The notes beneath the pieces are model-generated. The model ran no database searches, had not been told where the DNA came from, and saw nothing but the letters and a program-made list of their open reading frames with translations. Below, piece after piece: positions 23,137-37,400 of a DNA stretch of 64,000 nt. Source of the stretch: Lytechinus pictus (Eukaryota). The DNA is taken from positions 15,564,001 to 15,628,000 of the forward strand of contig NC_087245.1 in NCBI RefSeq assembly GCF_037042905.1, in the 5' to 3' direction. The position numbers were made by a program, and so were the translations under genes. The number at the start of each line of letters is the position of its first letter. Position 1 is the first letter of the stretch.

Positions 23137-25415
23137 TTAAAACTTATTTCTGAGAATATCTCAAACACCTTCCCCCAAATCAAAGGTAAAAATTGATAGA
23201 AAATATCCATACTTGACACAAACTTGTGAGCTTGGTTTAATAGCTACATATAATAAGACAAAAAAGAAAAGGGTTCTTGATCCCTGCTGTGACAGTGAAA
23301 CTTTGTCATTTGACAAAACATTCAACTACATCATCAACTCTCTCATTAACTGATAAATGTAGGAAGAAAAATATTGTTGAGTGTCAAGAATGGAAGCTTA
23401 ACAGAGCCATGGAAGTAGCACCTGGTAATATTGTAACAGCACAAAATATCAAAACATAGGAAAGTGACTGGCAATAATTTTCACATGAATGCCTGCCTCT
23501 TGAAGTCACCATGAATGTTTCTATAAAAACTACATGTATACGTAAATTTTTAGGGAAAACAGGGTGACAATAATTATGAAACAGTAAAATTCAAAATATG
23601 TTTGGTTTTTTTTTAAACAAAAACTTGTTCATAGGATTTCAGAAAAGTTTTACATATTCATAGGACATGGAAAAATAGACTCTCCTTATGGCCAAATTAC
23701 ATTCATGATGGCTACCAGACTCAGTAGACCATACCAGTATTTTATTTCATATATCAGGGGAAATAGAAAAGAAGGCTGATTTTATTAGGTCATAATTTCA
23801 TTAGAGTAAGAATATCAACGAAATAAAAACAGGAACATAATTTTACATGAAGATGACATAAGTTATTTTGCTCAAAACTTCAAAGTTAAATATCTTAACT
23901 GAGAGGTTTCGAGCAAATTCACATAGACTGTTTCTACCCTTATTTACTAACTTCTGTGTCACATCAAAGGCAAAATTGTCACTTTGTCAATGTCAAGTGT
24001 CATTAAAAAAATTATTCTATCAATTTCTTCAAAAGATTTATGAATACTTTATCAAATTCACAAGTTCCATAAGTCAATGTTAACTGAGACAAAACAACTC
24101 AACCCAATATTCGATCGATGAAAACACGATTATTCTTTTACTCATGACATAGTCTGTGTATACAGACCCCCAACAGAGCAAGATTATAACACCAGTTACT
24201 GTAACAAGATCAGAGTCATACACCTTTATAACTATGTTATTTGTCCCCCATCTTTTAGCGGATACATAATGCAACTTCTTAAATGTTATATCACCTAAAT
24301 GATATCTAAATTAAGTACAGTGATATTTTGAACATGAGGCTCTAACTGGAATTGCTAAACATGTGTATCATAAGACACTACCTCTTCAACTCCATGACAC
24401 CCATGCCACCCCAGAGAAATCACAGAACAGAGCAAGAAACAGAAACACAGGTAAATTTGCATTTATAAATCGACCCTCTGTAAGTCATATATTTACCCGA
24501 GTCCAAGCAATTTCTTCAACCAGATAATGCAAAACTTGTTATACGCCTGTTCAAAATCAAATTTGTCTTAAGTCAACGGATTTGTTTGGTCCCAACAGAT
24601 TCAACTTGAGCAAAATTACCTGTATTCAATTTTCAGAGGGTATTTAATGAGAAATTGGGTAGATGCTGAACAGTTGGTACATGTAGTTTTTCAGGTTGAA
24701 ATCATTACATTTACAATAAATCGATCAGACAATAAGCAAGACTGGGCAGTTCTGAATCTCAGAATCCCACCCAGGTACGCTCCAAGGGAAGGGGACATGA
24801 AAGGCGCGTGGAGTTCCTTCTGGGTATGATATGGCTGCTTCACAACTGAAATAAGAGATAACTTGATGCAGAACTTCTAGTTCAAATTCTTTATGCATGC
24901 TTAAAGTAATTCCAACCTTAATTAGTTCTGATGCCATGTTGGTGTCATACATGGCAATCTGATGCTATCAATCCAGGCATGGGGGGGGGGGGGGTGCTAT
25001 CCCATTGAGGTGGATTGGTTTGAAGAGGACATGCTAAACTGGGCAAAGTGGCAGGATGGGGTATCTGCCTTCTGAAAGCAGGGACATTGGAGGAGGGGCT
25101 ATGGGCAATTGCAGTAAGTATGAGTTAAATCCGGCTACCCTAGTGAACAGGGGACAAAGCCAAATTCAAAACTTTGGATTACCATCTGACTAATATTTTC
25201 ATGAGTAATGCTTGAGCAGGCTCACACAGAGACTCCCATGACAATTTTGCCTTGCATGACCCATTTCAAGTTTGGTATTTTCATTCATGATCGGTGTGTT
25301 TGCATAAATCATTTCTACATCAGTTTTTGTCCTTGCATAAAACCATTTAAAGTCGGGTATTCTCATTCATATTCAATTTCACTAGTCCATGCATGCATTA
25401 GATGTTTGTTGATGA

Positions 25416-28400
25416 TCATAAACTCTCATCACTCTCATTAGCTTGGAGTTGCATGTCCTCTCCATCCAGTATGCTATCCCTTGACGTGTCTTCTGTAGGA
25501 TCAGAATCTTCAACACCTCCTATGTATGTTGGAATCAAAAGAGAGGTAAAAAAGAGGAACCTAGTAAGACATAATATTCAACTGAAAGGTGGGTATTCTC
25601 ATACCAATGATTATATCAACCCTAGACCAATCGAGACCAGGTATGGAGTGCCTATTTCTAACAAATTCACCAAAAACATACAATGATCCTAAAGTGAAAT
25701 TGTCAAATTAAACACTTAATTTTGCATGCTTTGTTACACATTACCAAATGCTCATTTATATTTGTGTGTGTGTGTGTGTGTGTGTGTAGACATTAACATC
25801 TTAAGGTGATGTAATATATAACAAATAACATTCTTTCTGTCTCTTTTTAATTTCAAAGGACATGTTCAAAAGATTAATGGCTTCCATTCCCACCAGCACC
25901 TGTTCCAAAGAATTGACAAGAGCTGTTGCTAACCATCTCACCCAAGATATGAAACCTATCTATAACCTTTAGAAATGGGCTCTGTGAAATGCTAATCATG
26001 TTTGACCCCACATATACGCTTCCTTCAAGAGACATTTTGTACAGTTTTCATACAAGAAATTACATAACGCCATGGTGAACCATTGGATGTCGAGATAAAA
26101 AATTCTGCCTTCGCATTGAATCTTCTCATTTCCAAGAACATGACCCAATACCTCTGACTACATCTCAGCATTAATCTTGTCAACAATAAAAGAGTGGAAG
26201 CATCTAACTTGGCGGTAATGAATACAAACAATACCGCACATAAAAAAAAAATGGACACGGCAACATGCACTAGACTTGAGTGCCAGAGCAGGACTTGACT
26301 GCAAACTAATGCTTATCCCACTGGTAAGATGTGTAAAACTTGCAGTTTATTCAAAGAAGCACTGATAAATTGTATCTACTATTGGACAAGAGGCAACTGA
26401 ACCTTTCTAAAACCCTCCAAACCCATATCTTGCAGAATGATTGAACGAGGTCATTGAGTGACTGAAGCCAATGCATGATCACTCTGATTTCTTTTGTAGC
26501 AGCTCACTTACAATATCTAGTGTTTTAGCTCAAGCGGGTGTTCCAGATCGAAAATTGTTTGATGATAAAGAAGAAGCATAGTGTTTGTTTTTGTGAGATA
26601 ATTGAAATGATGAAAGGAAAATTGAATGACATGTTTTTTTCGTATCAATTTCAGCATTAATTTGATGAAAGGATATTATTTAATTGATGGAATAAACCCC
26701 CCCCCCCAAATAAAAAGGCAGATGTAAGGAATTGATGTACATGGTGTTACTACTGCATACAGAGTACTTCAGTATGTCCTCATCATTTTTCATTTCAATT
26801 TCAGCATTTTTATGACCCTAATTCAGTAGCAGACGACAAAAAAAAAATGCCAAAAATCAAATCTGACATGAAATGGTTAAAAAATGGCCAAAGGTATGAT
26901 CACATAAAGGCCAATCTACACTGATTTCAATGCGGCTAAGTAGGTATTCACAAGGCGAATATATGGGTCCAGATGAACCACTCCATTTGGGCTATGGATG
27001 TTTTTCATCATGCTCCACAAAGAAATAGAATCCAAAATGTTTTATGTAATGTCATTGCTTTAGTAATGTAAGTAATATATTGAGATTTAACATACCTTGA
27101 CTGGGTGTGTCTGCTTGAGCTAGAGCAGCAACTGCTGGTTCATCATCCTCAGGAAGATAATGCTTGTCCAGAGCTTCTTTGATCTGACTGTTGGCTCCTT
27201 TAGGATCTAGGTCTAAGGCCCATGAGAAGTTTGCCAAGGCTTGATGAGTTTGACCTAGCTTCTTGTATACCTGTAAATGCAAGAAGATAGCTGTTACGTA
27301 TAGTATATAAGGCTTTGGAGTGTTGGAGATAAACTAGTTCATTTTTTGACCTGCAAAAGAAAACACTCCATGCTAGCAGGGATTATCCCAGACATTTGCT
27401 CTTGCTTTCATTTTTCTGAAGATATGCATTTTCATGGGAAGTAAAATACTATGAGGATAAAGATTACGGTGAGAATTACTATGATTTTTTTATTAAGATT
27501 TCATTGTAGAAAATGATTTTGTTCTATAATAAGAACTATGAGGTGGAAACGCACCCAACTGTTATCTTTTAGGTGAAACAAATTGATAAAATATCAAACA
27601 AATATAGATATCAAATAACAATTGTTGTTGTTGGTATGAGAGCTTTGTTGGACACATACCTTTCCTATAAGGAAGTAGACTAATGATTCTGATGGTGTCA
27701 TCTGTTTCATTTCTTCTAGCTCTTTCAAGGCATCCTGTAAAGATAGCAGGTACAAAATTATCATTCTCATCATCATCATCATCATCATCATTGATATTAT
27801 AAATATTGCTATCATCCTCACCATGAAATACTTAAACTTCCTGTATTTCATAGTGAGTTTGAAACCACTACAAAGCTATCCTGAATAGAAAAGTCTTCAT
27901 TTATGTTAATAGTGAATAAAAATCATCATCATCATCATCATCACCGCCATCATCATCATCACCACCGTCACTACCACCGCCATCATCAAATTTAGAATTG
28001 TCCTCCATGTGTGATCACTGATTAAAGTTGATTCGCATTGCATGCTCTTGAACCTTTATTTGCCTATCTCCATCTTTCATATGACCTCCTAGTACTAGTG
28101 GTTGGAGTGAACAAGCATCTTTTTAAGACTTTCAAAAATTTCATAATATAATGTTAGACGAAGCATCCTACCTGGTATTTCTCAGTTGCAAATAATATTG
28201 AAGCACGATGAAACCTACAAAGAGGGTTGTTTGAATCAAGGCGTACAGCTTTGGCTAGAGTAGCAAGGGCCTGTTCAGATTTGTGAAGGGCATGTTGAAC
28301 CTGGTTTTAAAGAGAGAGAAAAATTAATAATAGCAAATGTCTATTCAACATACCTACTATTCAGATTTATGTGGAATAATATGGGAACGAAATCCAATAA

Positions 28401-31400
28401 ACAATCAGTTCAGCTCAGGGCTTTTTATATTAGCACAAGGGCCGTCGTACAAAGAGTTACGATTGATTCAATCAACCAAAACTACGGAAAGCCAGCAACG
28501 TCAGCATCTAAAATACATGTTTTTAGAATATTTTCTAGATATGATGTATATTCATATATTTTTTTGAAAATTCAGTGTGCTTCTCGTTGTTTACAAAGGA
28601 CATTGTGCAAATTTCCTGAAGAAAAATTTGTGACATTGATGGATTTCCATATACTTGTGGTTGATCAGGGCACAGCTATATATAGACAACATGAACAGGT
28701 CTAATAACATCATTCAAGGGTCATATATACACTTCCAACAACTCTCAAATTAGCATACTACATTCATTATATTTATTTTTCCTTTTATACATTCATTTGC
28801 CTCTTTCTTAGTTCTTCGAAATCTAAATAGTTTGTTTGATGGAATATGGAATTAACTATTTGATTGGCACATTGGATTTCTTTTGTTAATATGGTCAGCT
28901 TTTGTTCTTTACTGTTGATATAAAAGAAAACAAGTGGAGCGCCTCTGGCAGTCTCACCTGCATTGCGCGATTCAAAATAGCAGCAGTGCTGACTTTGAAA
29001 ACTACTATAAAATAATTATTCACAAAAAACACCATTCATATAATGATACACTACTATGTTCATTGACCCTAAATGACATTTTACCTTGATCATGCGACCT
29101 AAGACTTGTCAGTGATACTCGATTACCCCTATATCCACAATTTATAAACTATATCTATAAACTTTGAAAGTTATGACAGCAATCTAATAATTACCTCCAA
29201 AATGGCCAAAGTTCAATGATCTTAAATGACCTTTGACTTTGGTCATGTGACCTGAAACTCGAATGAGATGTTTAGTGATAATTATGTCCAAGTTTCATGA
29301 ATCAGATCCATAAACTTTCAAAGTTATGATGGTAATTCAACAGATATCCCCCAACATGGCCAAAGTTCATTGACCTTTGACCTTGGTCATGTGACCTGAA
29401 ACTCGCACAGGATGTTTAGTGATACATGTACTTGATTACTCTTATGTCCAAGTTTCATGAATCAGATCCATAAACTTTCAAAGTTATGATGGTAATTCAA
29501 CAAATACCCCTAACTTGGCCAAAGTTCGTTGAACTTAAATGACCTTTGACCTTGATCATGTGACCTGAAACTCACACAGGATGTTCAGTGATACTTGATT
29601 ACTCTTATGTTCAAGTTTCATGAATCAGATCCACACACTTTCAGAGTTATGATGGTTATTCAACAAATACCCCCAACATGGCCAAAGTCCATTGACCTTG
29701 GTCATGTCACCTGAAACTCGCACAGGATGTTCAGAAATACTTGATTACTCTTATGTCCAAGTTTTATGAACTAGACCAATAAACTTTCAAAGCTATGATG
29801 GTAATTCAGCAAATACCCCTTACTTGGCCAAAGTTCGTTGACCTTAATCATGTGACCTGAAACTCACACAGGATGTTACGTGATACTCTTATGTCCAAGT
29901 TGATTACTCTTATGTCCAAGTTTCATGAATCAGATCCATTAACTTTTAAAGTTCTGATGCTAATTCAACAGATACCCCCAACTTGGCCAAAGTTCATTGA
30001 CCCTAAATGACCTTTGACCTTGGTCATGTGACCTAAAACTAAGGCAAGATGTTCAGTAATACTTAATTAACCTTATGTCCAAGTTTCATGAACTAGGTCC
30101 ATATATTTCTTAAGTTATGTTGTCATTTCAAAAACTTAACCTTCGGTTAAGATTTGGTGTTGACGCCGCTGCCCTCGGAAAAGCGGCGCCTATAGTCTCA
30201 CTCTGCTTCGCAGGTGAGACAAAAAGTAGTAAATGAAAAATAAACAAACCTTAAAATTATTCCCAAATCAAATGAACTGTATAATGCGATGAATTACTGA
30301 CAAAAGCTTCCTAATGTAATAAAGTAATCCAAGTAAAGTAAATAATACCTACCACACTTATATGAACGAGTAGTACAGAACTCTGAGGATTAATGGCAAG
30401 TGCTTTACAGTAATGCATCTCAGCAAGGGCAAACTTCTCCTGCTTATAATAGATCATACCAGTACCATACCTGGAGACAGAAAGATAAAAAAAAACAGGA
30501 TTCATATTTGAAACAACATGCTTGAGTGGAATCAATGACCTAAAACAAGATTCACAACCTTGACTGCACAGCAAGTAAATGGCTCCACACCGCATATTCA
30601 GGCTCAAAACATTCAAAAGTTTTACTTTATGTACCTGTACACAAAACATAAGCCTAAAGGGTGAAATATGTTGAAAAATTAGGATTAATTTTTTCTCTCT
30701 TTTTTTTTCTTTTTCAATTTTTTTTTTGCGTATATATACATGAAAATATTGTCCAGCAGGAAAGCCTGAAGAGGTCAATTTACAAAATTGAAATCCAATA
30801 TGGTTACAAAGTACAATAACATAGATGTAAATAAGATATTGTGTTTAAGACGGCATCCCCATCATATATGTATAGAATTTGATAACTCACCATGCATTAT
30901 AATGCCTAGGGTTTATCCTTATAGCATTTCTAAAGCATGCCATGGCCCTGTCCAACTCCTCTGTAGCTACATACTCGTGTCCTAGTAACGTGTACGCATA
31001 CGCAAACTTGGGATCAACCTGGATAATGGACAGAAAATGGTTTTAAAAGTTGTAAGAATTAGATGGGAAAAAGGAGTACAAGTAGCCCCCTCATTATAAG
31101 TATTTCTGAAAGGTACTTTCTGAAAGAGTAGAGCTATACTTTCCTTCTATATTGTACTGTAAAATGAGATGCACCATTCAATCTAATTTTTCTTTTCATT
31201 TCTTCTTTTTGATGACCCCCAAATCTGCTCTCACTTTGATCTTCAATAAAAGTAAAGTGAGCTTGCTCTTGTAATGTTAACAATGAACAGCATGTGGTTT
31301 TGGAGGGGGGGGGGGGGGCATTGCCGTCCTGTACAGATTTTGTATATATTTTTTTTCCACCTTAGTTTGTAATTGAATGAGATCATGTGTTTCAAAAGGG

Positions 31401-34400
31401 TGACAAACTTTATTCCCTCATTTCTCAAATGTAAATTTCAAAGGGTGTGAACATCCTTCTAATTGTAAAGTGGGCAAGGATTATCTCTCAGTAATAAGTT
31501 GATAGTCACATATCAGAGCTGCCAAGTTGTATTTTGCATTTTCAGTATTCTTATCCCCCAAATCAGTATTTTGACAAAAAAATCAGTAATTTTACCGTGT
31601 GAGATAAATATTTTATATTTTTCCCTAAAAAAGTGTATTTCATAATAAAATGCTTGGCGCACTCGCCCATCATGGCGCTCAAGCTGCATGCAAGCTAAAA
31701 TGCGCACTGCTCTTGCAGATGAAAAAAAAACCCATTGAAACTTGTGTATATCTCACCCTGGTTTTTACAAAATGATTGAAAAAAAAACAAGTTACCTGAA
31801 ATTACATTGATCTAATAACCATATTTGTGTACGTTTTATGAAGAGACATATAGAGATGATTTTTCTCAGTAAATTACGATTTTGTAAAAAAAACATATTT
31901 TTTAAAGAAAAAACGTACTATATACGGCTAAAACGTACTTGGTTGGCAGGTCTGACATATGGATTGCAATGGCAAGGCCTGAATGAACACTACATACTCT
32001 CTCTGTATATTTACAAGATAAATATTGCTTGATGACCTACCTGTATTGCTCTTTGGAAAAACTTGATAGCAGATTCATGCTCCTTCTGTAAACTGAAGCA
32101 ATTACCAGCTGCACACCAGGCCTAAATACATTTTTGATAGAAAAGAAAGTGTTATCACAGCAAATTGTTACATCAAGATTTTCATAGGATAAAGACCTGT
32201 CAAGACAACATAAAATTATTGGTATGAATGAAAGCAATTATACTCAGAAATAGTCAGCACCACATAGTGTCATGCCAGTGATTCTCAGAGAAAATATTGT
32301 TCTCAGCTGATCAGCACAAGAATTGCGTTAGTTTAGAACAATTGTCCATGAAAGCCAATGAAAGATTCTTCTGAAAATCTCCCCTAAGACTGGGTCGTGT
32401 GTTGAAATCACAATGCAGCGTTAGCCCCCTTTGGCAAGACATGATTAATCTACACTTTGCCACTCTTTACCCACGTGTTAAATGGGTATCCAGTATAATG
32501 TGAAATAAAATGTACAGTAGCGATTGCCGTAATGCTTCCTGAGAATTAAAGAAGTGCATATATTTGTGTACACACAAGCTACAATATGACCAGGGAAATA
32601 ATGTTGGTAACATGCTTAGAGACATGATGTATCAAGCCCTACATACAAGCTGATTTATCATAATCGTTACGCAACAATAATCTTTATTGATTTTCATCTC
32701 ACCTGAGGAGACTCTGGATTAAAATCAGTAAGGTCTTGTGCAAGGGCAGACAGTGCGGTCTCCTTCTGTAAGTGCCATAACGTTGTTGAGTAGATCTCCA
32801 TATAACCTAGATGGTGGGGTTCTAGTTTCCGTACTTCTGAAAATATTGCCTCTGCCTAAAACATAAACAAATAAAATAAACAAAATATGAATTCTATAAT
32901 TGGCTGAAGAAGTGTTTCAATTATGGATAATTACATAAAGTTACATATGAATATTCTGATAACATTAAAGGGATTATCAATTAATATGTAAATTGTTTAA
33001 AAACAGAAAAGTATAGCACATTCTTACCATGTTTGGAGCTAAATCACTGAAAACTGAATCACCACATTTTACCATATTTTTTTACTATTTGAGAAAGAGG
33101 TGGGTGTTGTAAATATGAAGAAAAAAAACATCTCACAATTAGATAATGAATCCAATATCAGAATGAGATGATGTTTTCTAGCTACATGAAAATAGCTTAC
33201 CTTATGATATTGAGCCATCTCAAACAATGCCTTGCCAACATGACATAGCACCCATGCTGTATTGTAGTGTTGAGGTGGAAGGGATTTGAAGAGCTCTACT
33301 GCTTTCTTCAGGTCATATCGACTAAGAGCCTGGTATGCTTTGCCAACGTCCCGTAATAAGCGAAGAAGACCCTCTGCACATTAACATAACAATATCATAA
33401 ACACCTTCAACTTTGACTTCATCATCAACTTCATTATTATATAACAAATAAATCTTTGAGAGGGGTGTAATTTATCAAAATCATCTACTTTTATACAAGT
33501 TTTTGCCTGCAGTTGTAGAAAGCATTTTGGTTTGATTATGTATAAATATGAGTAGTACACAAAGACGATGCATGTACAAAGCATGTGACATTGTTACCTG
33601 CTGATGTCTTCTGCATGTCAGCGATCTGGAGCTGCAAATTGGCAGCAGCATTATTGGCTTTATTGAGTTCATTTGATTTCTGATTTTCTAGCTTTGTTAT
33701 ATCATCCGTATCCGGAGGCTTCGTAATTGTTGAACTTCTTGTTGTTCTTGCTCTCGTCTTTCCCTTCTGCACTTTACTAACACCCGTTTTTGTTCTATTG
33801 GCGGTGGTCTTGGTTGTTGCACTTGTATTTTCCTGTCAAGTTAGAAGAAGGCGAAAACAACCAAACTTTAAAGTGAATTCAAATAAACAACTCCCGACAG
33901 ATGTACACAACATCTGTGTGACTTCTGAAGATTTTCATTTGTAGAACTGTTGAAGAGGCTTAATGGTACCTCTTTCTTCTTTCATAATAAAGAAAGGTCA
34001 TGAAAAGGACGTGCTCAAACCTGAAATGCTTTTTTTTTTAATATTCAGGAGCATTTGCATAACAGCTTTAACACTCGACTCAAATATGGTAGTTTTTCAG
34101 TCTTTATTTGTAATAGATGAAATTCCTAAATTGAACAGGATTGGATTGAATCTAGGTTGAATCTCACAACTCAATTATTAAAGAGACAACATTACTGCCA
34201 CAGGATTACATCCAATGTTAGAAATCTGTAGCTGTTCACACAATGAGTGTCACTTTTAATTTACAGTATGAGAAATTGACAAAAAATATTTTAGTTCCTT
34301 GCTGCAAAATGTTATGATTTCTCTACCTAAATTGAATTCACATGGTTATCTTCACATGCATGGCATGTAATGTACACAAAAACATTACACATTCATTTAG

Positions 34401-37400
34401 ATATCACTTCAAATGCTTTCTTACCAAGATTTTAGCATCAATGGCGAAAATTGAGGGGCTTAGCACTGTAAGTCATACCCTACCAACCAATGTCATTGTC
34501 TATTTGTTTTCACTTTCCCTTATGAATTTCACACAATAGTACTGAAGCATTAACAGAACATGCACAAATGTAACAATTTGGTTGAGATGCAAGACAAACT
34601 TACCTTAACTGAGTTAGCATTGCTGAATAGACGAGAACTTCTTCTGACCCCATGAGCTGATGGAAAGAGTAGTTGTACTGCAGATCTATATATGAATAGA
34701 AAGAAAAAAATAGAGGTTCTTCAGTCATTCACACTGTGATATGTAGAGGAGTGTTTCAGAGATCTCAAATAGCATATCATATAATTGATTGATCGTAACT
34801 TGCTAAAATGACCATGTACATAAAATGATTATGTTAGGCGTAATAAACAGTCTCACAAAAGAGAAATTATAGGTAGACAGATTTTTGAATTTGTATTTTT
34901 GTTTGATAATTTATTTTCATATTCATAAAAAAACAGGTCATTACAATGTAAATAAAAAGAATGCAAGCATATACCTATTCATACAAATAAAATACATCTA
35001 AAGAAATTACAGAATGTCACTACAATGCCTTTCAATAAAAAAGAAAGGGTAAAACATACTAATTCATCAGTTGAAAAAAAGGGAAACTAAAATAAGGCTG
35101 TGTGGCCCTGTGAAATAAATTCTGTTATATGCCATACAATGAAGTGTTACATAATAGATAAGTTACTGAAAGACATAGAAAACACTGAAAAAAAAAAATA
35201 TAATAAACTTTGTCTGGGAATCTTTGATCGAGGGGTGGGGATTCATATTTAGAGTTTGCATCAAGAATTCTGATAAATTCTTGAGGATCATTAACAGTGA
35301 TTTGTGTGTTCTTACCCAGCCGGGGCAGGACTTTGCTGGAGTGAGGTGAGGGCAGGGTCTTTGGTATTACTGCTGTTACCCGATTGGCTGAATACAGGAG
35401 GCTTGATACCTTGCGGGCCTCTTCTCGTTATCACCTTGAAAAAGAAACAAGTATATTCAAATCATGGATTATTCTTTTTAGAACACATTAAAGAATTGTG
35501 GGAAGATCATACATCAATGCTTTTAAAGGATTTGTCTAAAAGTTTGAACAGTACTCAACAATAGCAAAGAACATAACCCATGGTGAGGGGTGATTCTACC
35601 CTTTTGCAGCCTAATTTGCACCCAAATATCATCAATCCTTAATCTTTGGGAGGACCTTTGTCTTCCTTATCGGCCCAAATCTACCACAAGAATTTTCAAG
35701 GATTCACATTGTACAATAATTTCTATAGTATACCCCATGATTAGTTATAGACCTCATGAGAAAGTCTCATAAACCGATTTGCACTGCAATGCATGTACAT
35801 CCTATTAACTTTGTAAATTACCTAATTGTAAGACGTGCAACAAAATTGTAGCGACCAAAATAAGAAGATTAGCCACACTACCGTAACAAGGAAAAAGCTA
35901 TTTCAAAATTCATACGTTGCTCCACAAAATCAACAATGAGTCTTTAACAGTTTGGTGGAGGAAAAATATATATGTGATACTTACTCTCCTGATGGGTGCC
36001 TTGGCATCAGGTAAATTACTATCTCCTGTAAATGATGTTTGATTGGCAGGGGTAGGACTGGGTGTATCTAGAGGTAAAACACCAAAGCTGCAACAACAAA
36101 AAAGCATGGAAAATTAGTTGATTGAAGTATAAAGTCAATATCTAGATATCAAGATACAGTTACATTTCTGTAGGTTAACATTCCTTATTGGAATAACCAC
36201 ATAAGTGGAGTAAAAGATTTCAGAACATATTATTCAAACATGCATTATTTACCTTTTCTCAGTCAAATTTATGGGGTTGAAAAAATTGCAGTGGTCCTAA
36301 GAATTTCAACTTAGGTAGAGTAACTTGTAAATAAAGTGCAAATAAGAATACATATCCTGTTCATGGAAACAGAATATTGATTGTAGAAATATTTTCCCTG
36401 AAATATGCTATTACATATTCTCTAATTTTATAGGTTACTCAATAAAACATCATGTCCAATCAGTCACTGACCAAGCTGTCACAAAGCACATCTACCTAAC
36501 CAAAAAGTAAACATGAAGTGCAACATATCAATTTCCTCAACATAATATTCAAACTGGTTAAGGGCAATTTAAACATTTTTCACACACCTTGGCGTAAGAG
36601 GACTATATGGTGATGATGAGGTGGAAGAGAGGTGCAGTCTACTTATCCTGGCTTGAGATTGCCTGGAAGACAGGGGTGCATTGGGTATAGTGAAGGGTGT
36701 TATCATGCTGTCAGGGGTAACACCAGGGTCACTATTGAAATCGGGCGCGGTCAATGGTAGAGGCTTGATACCAGAGAGATGGGTTATCAGTTGGTCCTAA
36801 TCCAGAGAAGAAAAAGAACATTGTTATTTCAAAATACACAGTCATTTGATTGAGCCTAAATGTAGATCATGGTTTAAGGATTTCATAAGGCGACATTTTC
36901 ATAAAATATTCTTTTATTTTTGTCAAGTGCAGAGAACAACATATACAGGATTTCAAAAAGGTTTAAGATGATGAAGTGGATTCTAATCAAATGATTGCCT
37001 ATCTACACACAAGTGAAAAGGCATTTATTTTGCCTAACACATAATGTTACTCATCAACCATGATGAGAGGCCACAAAGTTGATTTATCAAATAATAAATC
37101 TATTACCAAAACTCAGTACCTTAAAAACAGACCAAACACCCTCTGCTGTCACTTTTGGCGTGTTATTAACAATCTAAAAGTGCTTAACACCCCGTCTGAT
37201 TTGTAATATTGGAATAATAATGCTATTACTCATGAAAATTAAATGTGAAGGAAAAAAAAATGGGCTTCTAAAGTGCTGTATCAAATAAGATAGTCTTTTC
37301 TTTGAAACGCTGCATTTTAAGACATTGAACCAAGATCACAACATTTACCTATCTTGTTTAAAAAGTATCTTCATCAACAAAACCTACTTACTGGATAACA

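Noticed and set aside
27594..27851. ORF with a poly-Met tract
   Set aside because: The poly-Met comes from an intronic (CAT)n microsatellite; only 27660-27734 is a CDC27 exon.
29050..30120. Periodic repeat considered as a CRISPR array or coding repeat
   Set aside because: Whole units are homologous with no unique spacers and no ORF; it is the internal array of a mobile element.
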